Positions 59,074 to 64,000 of a DNA stretch of 64,000 nucleotides are shown here, piece by piece. Position 1 is the stretch's first letter; each line of letters opens with the position of its first letter. Source of the stretch: Cenarchaeum sp. GTDB lineage: Archaea; Thermoproteota; Nitrososphaeria; Nitrososphaerales; Nitrosopumilaceae. The notes under the pieces are model-generated. The model worked only from the letters and a program-made list of their open reading frames with translations. It did no database searches and was not told where the DNA came from. The stretch spans positions 1,344,001 through 1,408,000 of the forward strand of contig OZ243037.1 in assembly GCA_965212015.1 (NCBI GenBank), written 5' to 3'. Both the position numbers and the translations under genes were made by a program.

Positions 59074-59829
59074 CTATATGCCAAGAAAGCGCCTCGAGTT
59101 CTCCTCCAAGAGGGCGCACGTTTCGTCATACGACTTTTGGAGCACCTTGGATGCGCAAAAGACGACGCTTGGAATAAAACCGACCTGGGCCGTCCTGAGG
59201 CCAAAGCACCCGGCGAATCTTACCGGCCCGTCAGTCTCGACGAGAATCCTGTCGCCGGCGGTGCGCGAAAGAAGGCTCTGCTTGTCATTGGCATACACCG
59301 TGACGGGGCCGTACGAGACAAACAGGCCCATCTCCATTGCCCTTTTTAGCTGTTTTTTGTTGCCGTCAAACCAGTGCAGGCACGCGCCGTCCAGGGAAAA
59401 CGACGACAGTACTGCAAGCACCTCGTCCAGGCTTTTTCTGGAATGGATTGATACCGGCTTGCCGTGCTTTTCTGCCAGGGACAACAGTCCCTCAAAGACG
59501 CGCCTCTGCTCCTGCGAGTCCGCATCGGTTTTGCAGTACGTGGGATCCAGCCCTATTTCGCCGATTCCGGCAATCGATGCGGCGTTTTGCCCGATAATGC
59601 CGGCAACTGCGTCAAGACCTTCTGACGCCTTTTCCGGATGAACCCCGACAAACGGCAGGACCAGGTCGCTTGTCCCGGCAAGCCGCAGCGTCCGCTCTGA
59701 GTCTTTTGCATCCATCGAGACGCAGCACGCCCGCGCGTTCATGCGCTTCATGTTTTGAAGGATCATCTCCAAATCGGGCAGATACTGCGGGTCAGTCAGG
59801 TGCACGTGGGTGTCGTATAGCCAGTACAT
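59074..59829 (-). CDS. tatD: TatD family deoxyribonuclease
   Basis: DTHVHL, GVHPE, IGEIGLD, IHSR, LHWF, VETDGP. Confidence 0.93.
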   Translation of the reverse strand: MYWLYDTHVHLTDPQYLPDLEMILQNMKRMNARACCVSMDAKDSERTLRLAGTSDLVLPFVGVHPEKASEGLDAVAGIIGQNAASIAGIGEIGLDPTYCKTDADSQEQRRVFEGLLSLAEKHGKPVSIHSRKSLDEVLAVLSSFSLDGACLHWFDGNKKQLKRAMEMGLFVSYGPVTVYANDKQSLLSRTAGDRILVETDGPVRFAGCFGLRTAQVGFIPSVVFCASKVLQKSYDETCALLEENSRRFLGI

Positions 59830-59931
59830 GCCGCTTGGTTGCGTGCCTCCTTAAAATAGTCTGCATAAATCAATCCCTTGGTGATATTTTTTCACTTAGA
59901 ATCTTTTATCCGTATTGGCAAAACACCGGCG

Positions 59932-60153
59932 ATGAAGTCATCTGAGCTGGGACTATCCACCATGTATCGAATCCTGAAAAAATCAGGCGCGCAAAGGGTC
60001 AGTGAGGCGTCTGCCGACGAACTGCGGCGCGTCGTAGAAGAGATTGCACTCGGAATAGCAAAAAACGCAGTCGCCATGTCCGTCCATGCTGGCAGAAAGA
60101 CGGTGCGGGCAGAAGACGTAAAGCTCGCCTCAAAATCGTTTACAAAATTCTGA
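59932..60153 (+). CDS. Archaeal histone
   Basis: RILKKSGAQRVS...A..HAGRKTVRAEDVKLA histone-fold signature. Confidence 0.93.
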   Translation: MKSSELGLSTMYRILKKSGAQRVSEASADELRRVVEEIALGIAKNAVAMSVHAGRKTVRAEDVKLASKSFTKF

Positions 60154-60253
60154 TTCGCAGCCGGCAACGGCACGCCTTGCATGCGGGCGAGCAGGTTCCG
60201 ACTTGGCAGTTTCCATCTAAAGAGTTTAATTGTTTAGCGGTACAACCCACCCC

Positions 60254-60325
60254 GGTGAGGTGGCAGAACGGTCATGCGTGGGCCTGCAAAGCCCATATAC
60301 GGGGGTTCGACTCCCTCTCTCACCT
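60254..60325 (+). tRNA. tRNA-Cys (GCA)
   Basis: Acceptor GGTGAGG/TCTCACC, anticodon arm TGGGC-CTGCAAA-GCCCA, T-loop TTCGACT, U discriminator; no encoded CCA. Confidence 0.93.
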
Positions 60326-60346
60326 TGTAATGAATCCGTTCTAAAA

Positions 60347-60634
60347 CTAGATGGACAGGCCGAAATTGTCTGCAAACTTGCTAAACGTCTGGTATTCCTG
60401 CAAAAACTCCCTTCCGGAGGAGCTAATCTTGTACCTGCACGCGCCGCGCGAATCGACCTGTTCTAGCAGGCCCTGGGACACCAAGGTGCCCAGAATCCGC
60501 GAAATCCGCCCGTGCGATATGTTGGCCTTTCGTATCAGGTACGTGACGCTAGCACCGCTGTCGTCTTGCAGCTCGTCCCTGGTGGTAACTAGTATGTCGC
60601 CTATGATCTTCATGTGAGTCCTGTACTCGGCCAT
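60347..60634 (-). CDS. Small winged-helix regulator, paralogue of 104-391
   Basis: YRTHMKIIGDIL...RKANISH...LVSQGLL...ISSSGREF. Confidence 0.85.
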   Translation of the reverse strand: MAEYRTHMKIIGDILVTTRDELQDDSGASVTYLIRKANISHGRISRILGTLVSQGLLEQVDSRGACRYKISSSGREFLQEYQTFSKFADNFGLSI

Positions 60635-60767
60635 TCCACCATAAGATCGTGATTTTTAATATGATAGTTGTTAGATGCCCTCTCGTGGACTAAAGGGATA
60701 AAAGAATTTGACAAATATATTTGAGGCCGGTTTTGCGCGGTTTTTGGGCATGTGCCGCCCCGGCCAG

Positions 60768-61418
60768 TCACCTGCCAGAGTCCGGCCCCTCGTCGAACTT
60801 TATCCTGATCATCGAGGCCTTGCTGAGCGGAATGAACAGCGAGACCAGGCCCGCTATCTTTATGGATATCGAGACATAGTACAGGACGGATTCCGGAAAG
60901 ACAAACGAGTACCATCCCAGAAACTCGCCCAGTGCAAGCAGGCTCAGCCCCACTGAGACGAACACCGTCCCCTTTTTCCTGTTCTCCAAAAAGGACAGCA
61001 TGGTCTCTATTGCGCCGTACACCAGCAAAATAAACGAGGTCGCCCTGAATATGTGCTCTATGTGGATGGCCGATATTATGAACAGCGGAAAGACCCCGAC
61101 TGATCTCAGGTACTTGTTCTTTGGAAAAAACGACTTGATGCCGTGCGAGAATGCGATGAAAAAATACCCCACCGTCTGGATGCTTATTCCCAGGGTCTGC
61201 ACCCATCTTATGATGTGGCCGTTTTTTAGCACCAAGTCTTCTGCCATATAGCCCGTCCAGATGACCAGAAACCCGCCGCTGATGGCAAAAAACGCTATGG
61301 CCAGCCGGAACAGCGTGGGACTGCCGGTATTTTTAAACCCCACATACGACATTACCCCGATTATCAGGCCCACTAGAAACCCGATCAGGTTCAGTATATT
61401 CTCAAAGAGGAATTCCAA
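60768..61418 (-). CDS. Polytopic membrane protein (about 7 TM)
   Basis: 216 aa, about seven hydrophobic segments. Confidence 0.75.
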   Translation of the reverse strand: MEFLFENILNLIGFLVGLIIGVMSYVGFKNTGSPTLFRLAIAFFAISGGFLVIWTGYMAEDLVLKNGHIIRWVQTLGISIQTVGYFFIAFSHGIKSFFPKNKYLRSVGVFPLFIISAIHIEHIFRATSFILLVYGAIETMLSFLENRKKGTVFVSVGLSLLALGEFLGWYSFVFPESVLYYVSISIKIAGLVSLFIPLSKASMIRIKFDEGPDSGR

Positions 61419-61465
61419 CTATACCGACATGTTTTGAAATTAATTATTTTAACATAATGGTTGTT

Positions 61466-61687
61466 TTAACCGGACTGTGAATCCCAGTCATCCAGCGTGC
61501 CTGCAGTCTGCCCCTCGGTGCTGCCCGTATAGTCGCCGAGAATGTCCGAATAGGTGGCATCTGCGTGCGCCACATACCTGACATACTCCCCGTAGGTCAT
61601 GTCCATGCCGCAGTTTTCGCACCTGACCAGCGAAAAATCCATGCTAAGATCCGCGTTTTTCTTGCATTTTGGGCACTTGATCTTCAT
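61466..61687 (-). CDS. Small zinc-ribbon protein
   Basis: MKIKCPKC...RCENCG. Confidence 0.7.
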   Translation of the reverse strand: MKIKCPKCKKNADLSMDFSLVRCENCGMDMTYGEYVRYVAHADATYSDILGDYTGSTEGQTAGTLDDWDSQSG

Positions 61688-61760
61688 CGATTCTGATGGC
61701 GTTTCTTGGCTATTATGAGTTGGGGTTAAAAATATTAGGAGTTGCCGGCCGCATGCCTGC

Positions 61761-62051
61761 ATGGCAAAAACATGCACGAAATGCAAGTCTGAAATTCCAG
61801 ACGGCACAGAGCTCGAGGCGCAGGCCGAAAAGTATCCGTGCTGCCCGAAATGCTGGGCGGAATGGAAGGAGTACCGGGTTATGGTAATGAACGAGATGAG
61901 GCTTGACATGTCCATGTCAGACCACCGCAAGGTCCTCAAAAAGCACGAAAAGATATTCGCAGGCGTGCTGTCCCCGGAGGGCGACGTCATTGACTATAGC
62001 AACGAGGAGAACCGGAATCCCGAAGAGCCTACAGGCCAAACATCGCCCTAG
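61761..62051 (+). CDS. Fe(II)-trafficking YggX-like protein
   Basis: CWAEW...MVMNEMRLDM..HRKVL; extra N-terminal CxxC and CCxxC. Confidence 0.75.
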   Translation: MAKTCTKCKSEIPDGTELEAQAEKYPCCPKCWAEWKEYRVMVMNEMRLDMSMSDHRKVLKKHEKIFAGVLSPEGDVIDYSNEENRNPEEPTGQTSP

Positions 62052-62490
62052 CGCTGTCCGGTATTATCAGCAGGATCCTTCTCTTTGACTCTGCATCGAG
62101 GCCGGCAAGAACCCCGCTTATGGTGCCTGACAGCACCTCTTTTTCACGCTGCCCCAGCGAGAGGTATGCCTCGAGTATGCCGTCCAGGTTAAAGTCGACA
62201 AGCTTTCTGGGATTGCCGCTGATCTGTCCCACATAGCCCGCAAAAAGCGAGCTTCGCTGCTCCTCTGAAAAGGTGGCCAGGACCTCCAGCCACGTCTTGA
62301 ACAGCCTGGAAAAGCTGGCAAAGGGAATCGTCGGCCCGGCATCTAGCGCGCTGCCGATTACGGCGTCCTTTTCTGCCTGATCCATCGAAAAGAATTCCAG
62401 CATCCGCTTTTTCAGGATGGGTTTTCGCAGAAAATCCGGCAGGCTGGAGAGGTTTACAATGATGTTTCCGGCATAGTTGGGCTCAGACAA
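62029..62490 (-). CDS. Helical hypothetical protein
   Basis: 153 aa ORF (LPDFLRKPILKKRMLEFF). Confidence 0.7.
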   Translation of the reverse strand: MSEPNYAGNIIVNLSSLPDFLRKPILKKRMLEFFSMDQAEKDAVIGSALDAGPTIPFASFSRLFKTWLEVLATFSEEQRSSLFAGYVGQISGNPRKLVDFNLDGILEAYLSLGQREKEVLSGTISGVLAGLDAESKRRILLIIPDSARAMFGL

Positions 62491-62567
62491 TACCGTACGC
62501 CGGGTAATTTGATTATTAACTGTATTACACTCTAGCTTAAAATAAACCGTAATGATTCACCTCACAC

Positions 62568-63566
62568 ATGCCCTCGACAATCATAGTTGGCGGATTTTTC
62601 GGCGACGAAGGAAAGGGAAAGATCATATCGTATTTGGCAAAAAAAGACAACCCCGCCATAGTCGTCCGCGGGGGTGCCGGCCCCAACGCGGGCCACACAA
62701 TCAAGGAGGGCGGCAGGGTGTACAAGGTCAGGATGCTGCCGAGCGGTTTTTTGAACGCAGGCTCTGCCGTGATGATCGGGCCGGGCGTGGTTGTAAACCC
62801 CGACATACTGCTAAAGGAAATGCGGGATTTCGGCACTGAAAAAAGATCCTTTGTGGACGGCAACTGCGGAATAATCGATCCCGAGCACATAGAGCTGGAT
62901 TCTGGCGGCCCGCTGAAGGAAAAGATAGGCAGCACGGGATCGGGCACGGGTCCTGCAAACGCCTCAAGGGCGATGCGGACACTGCGGCTCGCAAGGGACG
63001 TGGATTCGCTCTCAGAGTACGTCCGGGACGTCCCGCAGGCAGTCAACTCTGAGCTGGATTCCGGCGGCGGCGTACTCATAGAAGGCACGCAGGGAACGTT
63101 TCTTTCGCTGTGGCACGGCACCTATCCGTTTGTAACCTCAAAGGACGTGACGGCCTCCGGCATATGCGCCGACATTGGGGTGGGCCCCACTAGAATAGAC
63201 GAGGTGATAGTCGTCTTCAAGTCGTATGTGACCAGGGTGGGAACAGGACCGCTTGATGGCGAGCTTGACGATGCCGAGACGCAAAAGCGCGGCTGGGCCG
63301 AGGTTGGAACGGTCACGGGCCGCCCCAGGCGTGCAGCAGACTTTGACTTTGGCCTTGCAAAGAGGGCAGTCATGCTAAACGGCGCCTCGCAGATAGCCAT
63401 AACAAAGCTTGACGTGCGCTTTCCAGAGTGCAACGGCAAGACCAGCTATGAAGAGCTGTCAGCAGAGGCCAAATCTTTTATAAAAAACATAGAGGAGCGC
63501 CTCGGGGTTCCAGTCACGCTTTTGGGCACCGGTCCTGCGGTAAACGACGTGATTGACCGGCGATGA
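62568..63566 (+). CDS. purA: Adenylosuccinate synthetase (short archaeal form)
   Basis: GDEGKGK, GPNAGHT, IGSTGSG, EGTQG, GTVTGR.RR, TKLD. Confidence 0.96.
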   Translation: MPSTIIVGGFFGDEGKGKIISYLAKKDNPAIVVRGGAGPNAGHTIKEGGRVYKVRMLPSGFLNAGSAVMIGPGVVVNPDILLKEMRDFGTEKRSFVDGNCGIIDPEHIELDSGGPLKEKIGSTGSGTGPANASRAMRTLRLARDVDSLSEYVRDVPQAVNSELDSGGGVLIEGTQGTFLSLWHGTYPFVTSKDVTASGICADIGVGPTRIDEVIVVFKSYVTRVGTGPLDGELDDAETQKRGWAEVGTVTGRPRRAADFDFGLAKRAVMLNGASQIAITKLDVRFPECNGKTSYEELSAEAKSFIKNIEERLGVPVTLLGTGPAVNDVIDRR

Positions 63567-63827
63567 CTGTGCGGCAGGCGTGAAATACAGCCTGCATTGC
63601 AATCAGAGTTTCAAGCTTTTGCAAGTGTGACTGGCCTGCCAGTCTCCAAACTAAGAGGCACGCCTGTCCCTTGAACCTGCAAGGCGCGTCATCACGCCTG
63701 CACGCAACGAGTCGCGCCTAACACTTTTGGTCACGCCTGTACGAGACGTGCGGGAAAATTCGAGACTGCGCTGCGACACGCGCGCGCGGTGGGTTAGGTT
63801 TAATTTAGTTGGTATTTCAAGTCCCGC

Positions 63828-64000
63828 ATGGAGCAAACAGACAAGCTGCCCAAATACATACAGGTAAAATCGCCGCTGGAATTTTCACGGCTGATATGCG
63901 CCCTTGAGCGCACGCCGCGGGTATCCTTTCTTCATGATCACGGGGGCAAAAAAATCCTCTCAGTCCAGATGGATCTGCTAAAGGAAAAACCAATCATCTA
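63828..64000 (+). CDS. Partial hypothetical protein (runs off the window)
   Basis: MEQTDKLPKYIQVKSPLEFSRLICALERTP..., open to the window end. Confidence 0.6.
   Translation, partial: MEQTDKLPKYIQVKSPLEFSRLICALERTPRVSFLHDHGGKKILSVQMDLLKEKPII

Noticed and set aside
60254-60325. tRNA as an integration site
   Set aside because: No integrase or duplicated tRNA 3' end seen in the window

Overview
Archaeal chromosome segment, most consistent with an ammonia-oxidising Thaumarchaeote (Nitrososphaerota, Nitrosopumilaceae/Cenarchaeum-like, relatively GC-rich). Markers are the archaeal CoA cluster (PoK, PPS, PanB, CoaBC), a signal-peptide-bearing Amt, a split A-type ATP synthase locus (C; I; E-A-B-D; K), divergent pyrI/pyrB, PEFG-CTERM and CFI-box-CTERM surface proteins, thiolase/DUF35, class II RNR, a TsaC/THUMP/Ubl-Cgi121/S17e cluster, an archaeal histone, tRNA-Cys and purA. 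The best candidate for an undescribed system is a wHTH + ATP-cone + catalytically dead class III RNR (NrdD) fusion directly upstream of nrdJ, which may be a pseudoenzyme nucleotide-sensing regulator. Other notable items: a copper-handling surface cluster (His-terminated mature proteins, a Met/Asp tandem-repeat cupredoxin, a ligand-less pseudo-cupredoxin), a perfect 60-bp inverted repeat between two CFI-box genes, an AT-rich two-gene island (RAM-like protein plus RAM-HAD phosphatase fusion), an AbiE-like type IV TA pair, an inactivated solo Cas4-like gene, an ABC1 kinase with no canonical start codon, and several small ORFs missing from the ORF track. All calls come from motif recognition by eye; no searches were run.
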